NCBI RefSeq assembly: GCF_001194135.2
Contig: NC_068988.1
Location: 3,090,388 to 3,150,330, forward strand
Source: Octopus bimaculoides
Taxonomy: Eukaryota
Length of the DNA: 59,943 nt
Direction of reading: 5' to 3'
Shown here: in pieces, positions 12,594 through 25,084 of the stretch
Position numbering within the stretch: position 1 is the first letter of the stretch
Layout: each line of letters opens with the position of its first letter
Program-made: the position numbers and the translations under genes
Notes under the pieces: generated by a model
Databases searched by the model: none
Told to the model about the DNA's origin: nothing
The model's input: the letters and a program-made list of their open reading frames with translations, nothing else

Positions 12594-13329
12594 NNNNNNN
12601 NNNNNNNNNNNNNNNNNNNNNNNNNNNNNNNNNNNNNNNNNNNNNNNNNNNNNNNNNNNNNNNNNNNNNNNNNNNNNNNNNNNNNNNNNNNNNNNNNNNN
12701 NNNNNNNNNNNNNNNNNNNNNNNNNNNNNNNNNNNNNNNNNNNNNNNNNNNNNNNNNNNNNNNNNNNNNNNNNNNNNNNNNNNNNNNNNNNNNNNNNNNN
12801 NNNNNNNNNNNNNNNNNNNNNNNNNNNNNNNNNNNNNNNNNNNNNNNNNNNNNNNNNNNNNNNNNNNNNNNNNNNNNNNNNNNNNNNNNNNNNNNNNNNN
12901 NNNNNNNNNNNNNNNNNNNNNNNNNNNNNNNNNNNNNNNNNNNNNNNNNNNNNNNNNNNNNNNNNNNNNNNNNNNNNNNNNNNNNNNNNNNNNNNNNNNN
13001 NNNNNNNNNNNNNNNNNNNNCATAGGAAAGAGACTCGTACGAATTCCTGTGGTTTAACTATCCACCTTAGAGTTATTATTAAAATATAGATATGCAGGGC
13101 AGGGAATCGTCAATTAGTAATAAAATTAATAATTAACAATTTTGCCGGGTAGCTCAGTATGAAAAAACCTTTTTCGGTAAAAAACATTTATAATCATAAA
13201 TATATAGGGATTGACAGTAACCTGCTTCTCCAACATACTGAGAATTCAGAAATAGCAGTCAAAGAACTACTGATTTCAAAACTACATGATGTACACTGAA
13301 TTGAAATAGACTGCCTCATATGCTGGCAT

Positions 13330-13520
13330 AGGTTGGGCAGTTGAAGGGTTGACAAGCTGGAAGGCTGCAGCAGACTCCAGTCTATTTTGGCATGGTTTCT
13401 ACAGCTGGATGCCCTTCCTAACACCAACTACCTTGAGAGTGTAATGGGGGCTTTTATGTGCCATCACCATAGGTGCCATTTGCATGACACCAGTATTTGC
13501 AATGACTGTGGCATTACTTG
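13330..13520 (-). mobile_element. RTE 3' UTR fragment, decayed
   Basis: TTTCTACAGCTGGATGCCCTTCCTAACACCAAC motif. Confidence 0.7.
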
Positions 13521-13531
13521 GCTTGAGCACG

Positions 13532-13600
<69 letters not shown>

Positions 13601-13687
13601 TGCATAGACATATATGTATATAATAGCACAAATGGACTGTGGTTCACTACAGCTGTCACAGACTCTGGCTCAGTGTCTGAATGCCTT

Positions 13688-13915
13688 AAGGCAGTGAGCT
13701 GGCAGAATCCTTAGCACACCGAGTGAAATGCCTAGTGGTATTTCATCCGTCTTTACATTCTGAGTTCAAATTCTGCAGAGGTCGACTTTGCCTTTCATCT
13801 TTCCAGGGTCGATAAATTAAGTACCAGTTGTGTACTTGAGTTGATCTAATCGACTGGCTCCTTCCCACCAAATTTCAGGCCTTGTGCCTAGAGTAGAAAG
13901 GATTATTGAAATGCC
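13688..13915 (+). mobile_element. tRNA-derived SINE family D
   Basis: Head GGCAGTGAGCTGGCAGAATCCTTAGC, B-box-like GAGTTCAAATT, body GTCGACTTTGCCTTTCATC...GGTCGATAAATTAAGTACCAG; inverted decayed copy at 59735-59885. Confidence 0.75.
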
Positions 13916-14663
13916 TTGATTGTATTTGATCCTACATATAATTAATTTGGGTTAAGCTAATTAATTTGTGTTGAAAGAAGATGGTAGCAAGAAATAATGA
14001 CAGCAGATTGCACAGTATTTGGCTACATGGGTAACTTGATACTGTACTGAGTGGAGTGTAATGTTCTGTCCTACAAGAGCTCCTACAAAAATCCCTACAA
14101 GTGTTCATATACAAATAGATACCACCACAATTATTGGTTGTTGTGATGATGATAATGGTGGCAGTTATGATTGCATGTTGTAACCTTTTTAAATAGTAAC
14201 CACTTGACCTTGATATTAGCAAGCTGTCACCTTGTGGATTGAGAGAAGCCAGGAAATTAATATGCATTATCTAGGATCACAATTTTATTGCAGCAATAAG
14301 GTTTGATCTCTTTACTTTTGGATGGATACTTTAGAAACCAGTCAACACATTTCTATGCATGAATGGTAAGTGAATATAAAAAATAAATACAAGTTTAATA
14401 TGATATTTAACTGCCAATAGACTAGTATTGTGTTCATATTATGCTAGATTCTCTTCTTTTTAACATGATCAATAATGCAAATAACTGCTAAAGCAAGGAA
14501 GGTTTTAATGTTTCATGTGGAAAGAATTTGGTATCAGAATCATAAATTTCCTAACTGCTCATCGATTTACTGCTAGTTCCATATACATCGCTATTAGGTC
14601 ACCTCTTCTGTTGCCTCTCTGGCTTATTGTATAACAACAGAAAGCAAAGAAGTTTACTTGGCT

Positions 14664-14665
<2 letters not shown>

Positions 14666-14712
<47 letters not shown>
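14666..14712. repeat. (AG)n microsatellite
   Basis: Direct inspection. Confidence 0.95.
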
Positions 14713-16019
14713 AGAGCAGAGGAACGGTTGTGGTGTGTTAAATATTTAGAGTAAAGTGCATTTTGAAAATGAGTAATTGTCTGCTAACCTATATGGGTTC
14801 TGTGTGGTACCTTTACAGAATAGAAAGGAATATGTGAGAATTTAGGGTAATGCTGGTTGGCTGTATGTAGAACAGAACCAGCAACCCAACAGTCAAAATC
14901 AAATCAATGGCATTCTATATTTGAGTAACATTATTCTATGTCTCATTTCACCCGGGAATAGGTGACAGATCCTTTGACAAATGACTATAAGCTGGCTTAT
15001 GGATGTAAGTGATTTATTTCTCATCCATGCAACGTTATGAAGCATGTGCTAAGTTTGGAGAAAATTCCTCGCTCCCTTTTAACGATGTATTTTGTAACAA
15101 TGAAGTTTTTTGTACCAAATTACAACCAAATTACATAGACATTCCCTTGTCACTTTCGCCATCAGAAATGTAGTAAACATGGGATTCCTATGTTGGAAAC
15201 CTGTGACCTGCAGAATCATTTTTCAGAAATTCTGATACAAAGAATAAAAGATTTGTCCTAAAGTCTCTTTGGAGCTGTCAGAGGCAATTCCACAATTCCA
15301 TATTCTTTTGCACATTTATGGAACACATGGACAAAAACGAAAAAGAGAGTGAATAATATTTTGGAATGTTTGCTAATGAATAATGAGTTTAGATCCATTA
15401 GCATTCTTCCGATTAGAACACTTATTTTACATTACCAGAAATAGGTACTTGATCATCTTGGAATGTTCTGTTGGAATAGAATCAACCAATTATCTCATTC
15501 TACTGTGTCATTGGGTCTTGATCTTGTTCTTGCTTATGGTATTATAGTTTGTTTACCAAACCTATTTAAAACTCATCATGCACATTGATGGTGCATTAGA
15601 CAAACATTATTCTCAACTCTAAGAGATTGCCATTCTTGGATAAAGAGTGTAGCAATGGACTAAAGATTCTCAATTCTTTCGGTTATAGTGCAGTGTCCAT
15701 AATGTAAAATAATAGTTTCATGACTCTTTAACCAATTAGCTGACATGTTGGAATTTAACGAACTCCAAAGAATGGTGAGCTAACAATTTACTACCACAAT
15801 GTTTTGATTGGCTATCGATAATTACCAAGTATTGATTTTCTTTCTGTTTTATCCTTGTGCACGAGAGCTTTTACAATGGCAAATGAGTAACACTATTACC
15901 AAATTCCTATTATCATTATTTTTATTGTCAGAAGGCCTCAACTTCACTTTAAAGACACACTGAAATGAAAATGCGATGAGAAAGAATGTTGGAACTAAGA
16001 CAGAGACAGCAATCTTTAA

Positions 16020-16229
16020 ACAGGATGGCTTGCAGGAATGGCTTGCAGGAATGGCTTGCAGGATGGCTTGCAGGATGGCTTGCAGGAANNNNNNNNNNNN
16101 NNNNNNNNNNNNNNNNNNNNNNNNNNNNNNNNNNNNNNNNNNNNNNNNNNNNNNNNNNNNACAGGATGGCTTGCAGGAATGGCTTGCAGGAATGGCTTGC
16201 AGGATGGCTTGCAGGATGGCTTGCAGGAA
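16020..16229. repeat. 12/13-bp minisatellite CAGGA(A)TGGCTTG spanning an N-gap
   Basis: Identical 69-bp tracts lie on both sides of gap 16089-16160. Confidence 0.9.
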
Positions 16230-16292
16230 ATACTGCCTCTTGATAACTAATTCTTAGTAACAGGTAAAGTAACTTTACAACAAATAGTTAAC

Positions 16293-16303
16293 TGCTGCTG
16301 CTG

Positions 16304-16375
<72 letters not shown>

Positions 16376-16380
16376 TTACT
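16293..16380. repeat. (CTG)n-(CTA)n microsatellite
   Basis: Direct inspection. Confidence 0.95.
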
Positions 16381-16659
16381 GGTGGTTGTGATATTGGTAC
16401 AACTATAAATCTTTGATCCATATATTTTAAAATGCATCATTTTGTACCTTTCCAAACTGAATTCTTGAGAAATATGTTTCAGTTTTATCCTCCAGCGAAG
16501 TGTCTGAGCAGCAACACAAATATTGGTTATTCACAGCAGACAGAATGAAGAACAAAGTCCCCCTTCATAAAACGTTTCTTTTGTATCTTTTAGTTAACAA
16601 ACAAAAACCTTCCATTGTTGTCACAGTATCATAGCATCTTTTAATTTTATTTATCATTT

Positions 16660-16800
16660 AATTGCTTTAGTTATTAAAGTGTGGCAATGCTGGAGCACAG
16701 CTTTGAAATATTTTAGTTAAACAAATCAACCCCACTACTTATTTCTTCTTCAAAGCATGGTTGCCAAGTGTGGAGTGGAAAACAAACACAGAAAAATATA
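16660..16800 (-). mobile_element. SINE family A, 3' part, decayed
   Basis: GCAATGCTGGAGCACAGCTT..TTAGTTAAACAAATCAACCCC. Confidence 0.6.
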
Positions 16801-16848
16801 CAAAGAAATATATATATATATATACAGTCTGTTACAGTCTGTCATATC

Positions 16849-16892
16849 GGCCATGATGAAATACCACAAGGTATAGAAAATACGTATTCGCC
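16849..16892 (+). ncRNA. Decayed minimal type-I hammerhead ribozyme motif (PLE-type)
   Basis: GGC-C[A]TGATGA-A-ATACC acaa GGTAT-A-GAA-AATACGTATT (palindrome)-C-GCC: stem I GGC/GCC, 5-bp stem II, palindromic stem III, UUC triplet; extra bases in the core. Confidence 0.55.
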
Positions 16893-17111
16893 TTTATATA
16901 TTTAATCCTTTATATTGAACACTCAATATTTCATATATTCAATAAGACATATTCCATATATTCAATAAGACATTCAATACATCATTTCATTGTACCATCC
17001 ATTTTTATATTATATATTATATATTCCATATTCTATATCCCACATTAATTTTACAAGAATATAAATAAAACATAAAAAACAGACAGAGTTGGAATTCTTT
17101 TAAATAAAATA

Positions 17112-17160
<49 letters not shown>

Positions 17161-17235
17161 CTTACTTGGAAATGGATGTGTGGCATTCAATTAAATAATA
17201 ATATAAATAATATATATATATATATATATAAATAT

Positions 17236-17409
17236 AGGTGCAGGTGTCGCTGTGTGGTAAGTAGCTTGCCTACCAACCACATGGTTCCAGGTTCAGTCCC
17301 ACTGTGTGGCACCTTGGGCAAGTGTTTTCTACTATAACCTCAGGCCAACCAAAGCCTTGTGAGTGCATTTGGTAGACGGAAACTGAAAGAAGCCCGTCGT
17401 TTATATATA

Positions 17410-17458
<49 letters not shown>

Positions 17459-17680
17459 ATATGTATATGTTTGTGTGTCTGTGTTTGTCCCCCTTCATCG
17501 CTTGACAACTGATGTTGGTGTGTTTACATCCCTGTAACTTAGCGGTTCAACAATAGAGACCAATAGAATAAATACTAGGCTTACAAAGAATAAGTCCTAG
17601 GGTCGATTTGTTCGACTAAAGGCAGTGCTCCAGCATGGCTGCAGTCAAATGACTGAAACAAAATAAAAGAATAAAAGAAT
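17236..17680 (+). mobile_element. SINE family A, full length with internal (TG)n
   Basis: tRNA-like head, CORE-like ACCTTGGGCAAGTG, body, and tail GACTGAAACAAAATAAAAGAATAAAAGAAT. Confidence 0.9.
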
Positions 17681-17744
17681 ATATATATGCATGTATGTAT
17701 ATTATTTATATCATATTATATATATATAAATACACACACATTAG

Positions 17745-17902
17745 GATTCTTTCAGTTTCCATTTACCAAATCTTCATACAAGGCTATGGTTGGCCTGAGG
17801 TTAGAGTAGAAAACACTTGCCCAAGGTGTCATGCAGTGGGACTGAATCCGAAACCATGTAGTTGAGAAGCAAACTTCTTACCACACAGCCACGACTGTGC
17901 CT
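17745..17902 (-). mobile_element. SINE family A, 5' half
   Basis: Reverse complement of the head and body. Confidence 0.8.
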
Positions 17903-18110
17903 CTTTTATTTTGTTATCATACTCTTTAGAAACACTTTTGTATTGTTTGTGAACAGAAAAGAATGACTGACACAACTTCTCTTAGAATCTGTGGAAAAAT
18001 CTGAGTTTTCATTCTTTCTGATTTTATTTCGCTTGTGATATGATCGAAGCAATTGTGGTTGTTATATTTGTGATAAACATCCTCAGTAAGATTCTGAGAG
18101 CATAATGTGT

Positions 18111-18150
<40 letters not shown>

Positions 18151-21124
18151 AAGAAATCTATCCATGACAAACCGTGAGGTGATAACTCATAGACTAAACA
18201 TTCTAAAATATGATTTTCTATTCGATCAACCAAACCATATCTTTCTATCCACACTGTTTACAATAGAATTTCTCACAGATTCCAACAGCATCTCTTTCAT
18301 AATCTAGTCTGTAACATTACGATTCCTCACCACCAAAATATAGATCGGTGAGATGAGGTTCACAGATATTATTAGATTCCAAAATCTGTCAATGCTAATT
18401 ATTTTGCCATCACATGATGTTTTTTAGTTTTGTTGCCCATTGAAAGAGATAAATTAAAAAGTAAAATAATAAAACAACCATTTGTTCATCATATGGAAGC
18501 TGTCATGGACAGTTATAGTAAAGAAATAAATAAAGAGGAAAACTTATTTAGATGATTGATAAATTACAGTTCCAAATTGCCACAGATATTAACTGTATAC
18601 ATTAAAATATAGCATGGTTGTTTAACAGATGTCTTCACAGTCATCAGTTCATATTTTGTTGTTGCAACTAAGATGCCCTACCATGGCTACCACCATCACC
18701 ACCATCACCATCACCTCTATGGCATAGCACTTCACTGTTGCTGCAGTTTCTTTTCATTGAAATTTGGTGCCATTTCTACCTTGGGGGATAAATGGTTTCT
18801 TAGAAAGAAGAGTCTTCTGTTCAAAAGAGTCAATGACTTTAAGAATATTCAGTGTTCAGATTTAAAAAAAGAAAAGCAAACAAACAGATATAAAATAAAA
18901 AAGATAGCAATAATATGATGAGGAAATGTGTGCCAAAATGGAAGAAACGAAAAGAAGAATATTTTCCATTATATAATTCTTGTTCATATTAAATATCTTA
19001 AGTATAAACAAAGAATATAAAATGTTTTAAGCAGACAAAAACATGCATCCATTTGAAAGTATTTCATGGTTTGTAATGAGTTAATTTGTGAATTTCTCTC
19101 AGGTTCTTTTGTTATTGGCATTATTGTTCGTTTAAACCACTTTATGGACGACATTTCAAAGTAATTTTCAATGTTAGCCAAGAAATAATTATTAACATTA
19201 CTTTATCAGTTTCTTTCATTTCATTTCACCAAACCAACTCCCCATGCAGAGTCGGTTTAGTCACAAGATGTCCATAGCTAAATGAATATTTATTTTCCTA
19301 GCAAGGGTTTGCCGTTAATAACTGTAATTAAATAAACTAATGCCATTAACTATGACTAAAATTAAAAACATATAATTTATAATTATATATAAATTGTCAA
19401 CATTCTCACACTAAAAGAATGTAGTGGCCAACCATTTAACTTTAATATTAATTTACCCAACATCTTAGTTGCAGTTTCAACTCCTTGAATTTCAGTTATG
19501 TCCTACTATTCTTGTTTATCTTTTTAATTGGAAAAATTAATTTCGTATTTCGGACAACACAAAATGTGAAAACCTCATTCATGCCTTTTCCACAGGATTT
19601 AATTACATAAGCAAAATTAATTTGATTTAATTAAGGAATACTTTATTCCTGCTTACTCTTCACTTCCTATCATAAAGCTGCCCCCTGAGGGGTTTGTGGC
19701 CTTGCAAGCTACATGACAACCCCAGGGGAGACTCTAAAGAGGTTGATATTTGGAAGGATATACAACCATACAAACCATGCTAAAGCAGATTTTGGAGTAT
19801 GATGTGGGCCTTGGGTTCATCATTTCCTGTCAGACCTTCTAACCCATGCCAGCATGGAAACTGGAAGTTAAATGATGAAGATGATGAGAATGAATGAAAT
19901 AACTTCACACTCTCTGCTTTCTGTTACTCAACAGTTCTGCATGACTTTGCTGCTAGACATTGTTGATTTAATGGACTGAAATACTGTTAAATAGGAAATA
20001 AATAAGGACATGCGGTCAAGAAATTTACTTCACAACTGTGCGGTTGCAGGTTCAATCTCATTTTGGGAAAGTATCTTCAACCATAGACTTGGTTTGACCA
20101 AGTAAACGTGTGTATGTGTGTGTATCTTATAAGCATTGCTGAGAAAATGGGAAAAAAGCTGATTCTTTACAAGCCCAGTCTTTGTAACATTTGATAATCA
20201 TCCACGATGGAATGAATACAGATTTGATTGGTAGAAGGACATATATTTTTTCTTTACAAAAGACATCACCACCAAAAAACGAACATCTTCCTTGACAAAT
20301 TAAATTGCTTAATTGTAGTTATCACTCTCGCTTGTTATTTCAGATTTTTAAACACTCCACTGGGAGATTTTTGTAACACATTGTGTAGATAATCTCATTT
20401 CATTTATTTAACTACCTTATAAAGGTGAGACCCAATTATATGTAGATATTTAGTATACAGAACGATCTTCTGCCCTGTTGTTGTTGATATTCACACTCAA
20501 CATCACTATGTTCTCCCTCTCCCCCCTCTCTCTGTGAATGAGTGTATTGATCACTTCCAAGTGTTGCCTACTGAGAAGTGTTTTACTGATGAGATCCAGT
20601 TAGATCAAAAACGTGTTTTCACTCTTTGCTTAACGAAGATAAGATCTGCTCACATCTGCATTGTTCTTATTTTCAAAAATTTCCTTTAGCTGAGGTCATT
20701 CATGTTATCCCCAGTTTGTTGCTTTTTAGATGTTAAACATCCCTATGGAGAGTTTTGCCAAATAATAGTCTCGATAACAGTACGTTTATCAGCTCACTAC
20801 GTGACACATGTGAAGCTCTATCAGATGTGTATTTAGTATACAGATTGCTTGTCCAAAGCAGTTTTGGTTAATCATAGTGTTGTTTATATATTTTGTCACA
20901 GATCTTTTCTTGTTTGTTTTTCAGAATAATTGACGACTCAACACACTGGAATTGTTGTTTAAAAACCTGCCAGTCTTTCAGAACAGAATCTTTAGTAGTT
21001 GAATCTCTCAGAGAAAATAATGATATTCAAAGTTACTCTGTCAAATGCAATGCCTATTTTTTCACATCGTCTTGAGTTAATTCTGCATTATCTTGAAGCT
21101 TCAAGGTTTTGATGCTGTGACCAT

Positions 21125-21240
21125 TTATTTTTAGACTGCCACTTTAGAGTAGGTGTGAAGGGCTGGATCTGACCAGTTTGAACATAGAACAAGTAGAATA
21201 TTTACGTTGGATATGGCTGGTTTAAATGGTAAAGGGTTCA
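21125..21240 (-). mobile_element. TTAA-type (piggyBac-like) MITE end
   Basis: Ends in AAAGGGTTCA, similar to AAAGGG-TTAA. Confidence 0.4.
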
Positions 21241-21371
21241 TCAATTTCTTGCACTCTCACTGCAAATAGTCCTCTTGGAAAGTGTGAAAATGACTGAAGG
21301 AAAAAAAGGGAAACAGTCTACCAATTGACTTTAGCTGGAATCCACTTTGGTTTTTTTAAGTTGTCATAATT

Positions 21372-21830
21372 ATTCTATAGATCTCAAATTATAAAGCAGC
21401 AGGAATTGGTAACTGATTCTGTGGGGTAATTCCTTAGGGTAGACTTTTATCCAACCAGGGAGAGATTTATCATTAGATACATTTTTGGTCGACTTGTAAT
21501 GGTTATGGATGCCATCATGTTTGTCTTGAGTGCAGTCATTCATTGTGAGAGACAGGCCTTGATAAAACATTAAGTTCAGTTCTATATTTAAGAGATGAGG
21601 AATTATATACATTATTTACATTTGACAGATATTTGTCTTCATCTTATTTGTTGTTAACAAACACAGAATCAGTTACCAATTCCTACTGCTTCATAATTTT
21701 TGAGATCTATAGAATGATTGGTGCAACTTAAAAAACCAAAGTGGATTCCAACTAAAATCAACAAATAAGATGAGGACAAATATCTGTCAAATGTAAATAA
21801 TGTAAATAATGTAAATAAAGTAAATAAAGA
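21372..21830. mobile_element. Penelope-like element end relics in inverted arrangement
   Basis: 21372-21424 is the reverse complement of 21662-21715, and 21600-21655 of 21759-21810. The latter sequence is the tail of the hammerhead-bearing element at 30215-30480. Confidence 0.55.
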
Positions 21831-21849
21831 CACTAAGTTATTCTGTTTT

Positions 21850-22170
21850 TCTACAACTGATATACAGGGCTGGTGCCACATAAAAAGCATCTGTGTTGGT
21901 GCCATGTATAATGCACTAGTGTTGGTGCTCGGTAAAAAGCACCCCGTCCACACTCTGTAAAGTCAGTGGCTTTACAAAGGGTATAGAAACCACACCAAAA
22001 CAAGCGATTGGAGCCTGATACAGTTCTCCATCTTTCCAGCTCCTGTCAAACCGCCTAACCCATGCCAGCATGGAAAAAGGACGTTAAATGATGATGATGA
22101 TGATGATGATGACGACGACGACGATGATGAAGAGAATGACAATGATGACGACGACGACGACGACGACATG
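21850..22170 (+). mobile_element. RTE 3' UTR/tail, older variant, with (GAT/GAC)n tail
   Basis: GGTGC..AAAAGCACC modules and CTAACCCATGCCAGCATGGAAAAAGGACGTTAAAT(GAT)n. Confidence 0.75.
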
Positions 22171-22287
22171 AGCCAAGAAGGTAGCAAGGCATGTACATGG
22201 TCTGGCCATTTGTACTTTTAAAACACAACAAATGGACGATAAAGATTTTTTGGAAATTTGCTCAATCTGAATAACTAACGAAAAACC

Positions 22288-23229
22288 ATGGCATTCGTGG
22301 AATTTGAAGCCAAAATAACAATAGAGGATGCAAAAGAGAAAGAAAAAAAAGCATCTCCATTCTGGTTGACAAGTATTCTTGAAGCTGCTTTGAACCTCAA
22401 GGACATGTTTTTCCTGGCAAATATTGAAGATACCATATACCTTTAGCATAAAAAAAGGAATAAAAGAAATTCAACAGAGAAGCTAGTTAAAGCCACTGCA
22501 AGATTAATAACAGCAGATAAAGTGAAAATGCAGGAAAGCAAGCGATGTAACAACAACTCAATAAATGACATTATTTTTAGAATAAATTTACAAATCGCAT
22601 TTTGGAAATTGAAACCCTGAGCCAGAAATAATTAAACTGATCTTTCTATCGGAATTGTGTTTCGTGTGTATAAAAATGAAGAATTTGGATTCCATTTGCA
22701 ATCATACATGATATAAGATTTAGGATCTAGTGAATTAGTATCACTAACAACACCAATAGCAACAACAACCACAACAACACTCTCTGAAACAACATTTGCT
22801 GAATGTGAAACATGCTTCAATGGAAAAAATTTTGATGTTAGGAAAACAAATATTCTAACGATAATAAAAATGTTATTAATATCAGTCACAACAACATCAA
22901 AGGAATATATCAATCGTCTGTCATAACTTTAGGCAAGGACATGATCGAAACAAATGTCTATATTCAAATTAATCCTCCTGTAATGAAATCTCTGTTCGAA
23001 TACATTGAATTTTGTTTCAAATGTATTTGAAAATAATAATTTAGTACAAAATGACTTTGTGCTTAAGATGGCATTTGGAACAGAAATTAATGTAAATGTT
23101 GATGGAAGGATCATAGATAATTCAAAAGAGGAATTTTTTTATATAGGACCAGGCTTAGTCTTTGGTAGGTTAGCATCAGAAGGGGTCACATTAGGAAATG
23201 CTATTAGTCAGTTTATAACTATCACATGA
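22288..23229 (+). pseudogene. Decayed intronless ORF of about 310 codons, unknown family
   Basis: accATGg at 22288. Frame 1 has only 4 internal stops up to 22923, then a compensating frameshift pair (~22855 and ~23000), and returns to frame 1 ending at TGA 23227-23229. Confidence 0.5.
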
Positions 23230-23269
23230 TACCAAAAGAAGGAGACCACATTCATGCACACATACATTC

Positions 23270-23480
23270 AAAGGACCTCTTTCCAGTTCTGTGAATGAAG
23301 TCCACTGACAAGGCTTTGGTTGGCCCTAAGGTTTTAGCAGGCAGCAATTGTCCAAGGTGCTATGCAGAGGGATTGAAGCTGATGTATAGTCGGAAAGTAA
23401 ACATCTTAACCACACTGCCACACTCGCACCTCTATTCTTTTACTTGTTTCAGTCATAAGTTTGTGGCCATGCTGGGGCAC
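23270..23480 (-). mobile_element. SINE family A fragments, decayed
   Basis: AAGTCCACTGACAAGGCTTTGGTTGGCCC and CTTTTACTTGTTTCAGTC motifs. Confidence 0.65.
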
Positions 23481-24204
23481 TGCCTATCAGAATTTTCTTC
23501 ATAGATCTATATTCAAATTTATCCAGAATCAACCTTGCCTTTCCCTTCACTTGAGGTCAATAAGGCAGCTGCCAAGTATGTAGTGTGGTCAGTCCAACTG
23601 ACCACAAACATATGACTTTAGGTCACTCTTTAAAAGTAGAGGATTTATTTCTCTTAAAGGTAATGCTGTAGCATGGCCGACTCAGCTATAGACTAGTTTC
23701 TTTATGGAGTTTAGTCCCTCTAGTTTCTGAGTTCAAACTCTTCTTGAACTGACCGTTTCATGCCTTGATGATCAATACAATAATTATCAGGAATGGAATG
23801 TACTAGAACAGATTCAGTCAGTCAAATCTCCTTGAAATACATAACCACATGCTAAACGATTGATGTTGTTTTGTTCTGTGTTAACCAGAGTGAGCAAAAG
23901 TGTAATCAGAGGTAACCCAATGAAGCTCATCCTGTTGTAATAGTTGTGGTATGGATGCATGCATTGTGACAATGCATCGCTGCATCCAGCATTTTGCTGT
24001 TGATTCCCTACTAACCCTTATAGATGACACATTTGCTCCGCTCAAGCAAAAAACCTTCCAATCCATGGGTCTGTTTGGGTAGTCACTTCTGGTGAGGGTT
24101 TATGAGGTAGCAGTGCAAATCCTACCTCAACCCCTTTTAGTCACCTTTTATGACATGCAGAGGAAACGTTTGGTCTATTCTTTGACATTCTTGTCCCCAC
24201 ACAG

Positions 24205-24305
24205 CATGAAATGAAGTGTTTTGCTCAGGAACACAACACACTGCCCAGTCCGGGAATTGAACCTATGATCTGGTGATCATAAGTGCAACACCCTAACCAC
24301 TAGGT
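24205..24305 (-). mobile_element. SINE family C, head
   Basis: Reverse complement of the tRNA-like head plus GTGTTCCTGAGCAAAACACTT, cf. 40857-41140. Confidence 0.65.
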
Positions 24306-24877
24306 AACAAACCAAGGACTATATTTTTCTAATGTGTTCTTTTGCTTTTTAATGACAGTGTGATCTGAGTGAGATTTAAGCAGCCATTTCTTGCATGTCA
24401 ATCAATTCCTTATAGGCTTCCTCATTGTATTAGATGGGTTGATTTAAAGGATGTGATGTAACAAGTTACAAGTTACAGGCTGTTTAATGACCATCTCGTG
24501 GAATAAATGAACAGGAAAAAATTGATGATCAGGAAGAGATTTATGGAAAAAGCTTTTTGATAGGCAGGATTAATTGTGTGTCGCTGTTGGTAACTCATGC
24601 TTAATAACCCAGAGGATGTCACAAACAAATCCTCACAAGTTATTTCTCATAAACAGAATAATCAAACAAGCAAGTAATAGTTGCTCATGTCCAAAGCTTT
24701 TGATTTTCAAGTAATCTTATGCCTTACATTTTAAATTGACTTATTTGTTTTGTAGGTTTATATTTTTTTAATTCTTCTTGTACAAGCATAAGCTCAGTTC
24801 AGACCAGATCAAACAGACCTACAGAGCATAAGTTGTCAATCAAATGACAAAACTAAATTGTACCTGTAATTCAAAGG

Positions 24878-25050
24878 GGACAGCCTTGTCACATTCTGTG
24901 TCACACTGAATCTCCCTAAGAACAACGTTAAGGATACATGTGTCTGTGGAGCACTCAGTCACCTGCACATTAATTTCACAAGCAAGTTTTCCTGTTTATT
25001 GGACAAACTGGAATTCTTATCATCATAACCGACAGAGCACCAGTTTAGTT
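24878..25050 (+). mobile_element. SINE 3' domain (also at 26290-26440)
   Basis: CAGCCTTGTCACATTCTGTGTCACACTGAATCTCCCTAAGAAC is shared between the two loci. Confidence 0.65.
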
Positions 25051-25084
25051 TGTTGCCCAATGTCAGACATGGGATCTGGTATGG

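Noticed and set aside
12445-13089. Long ORFs spanning N-gaps (also 40431-41119, 43703-44613, 49242-50133, 55784-56278)
   Set aside because: Artefacts of Ns and (TA)n flanks
17236-17310. tRNA genes at SINE heads (also 43674, 27713, 40857)
   Set aside because: A/B boxes are present, but they continue into SINE bodies and no full cloverleaf is evident
23881-24066. Possible RT fragment on the minus strand
   Set aside because: Only a vague resemblance; no YxDD or clear QG motif
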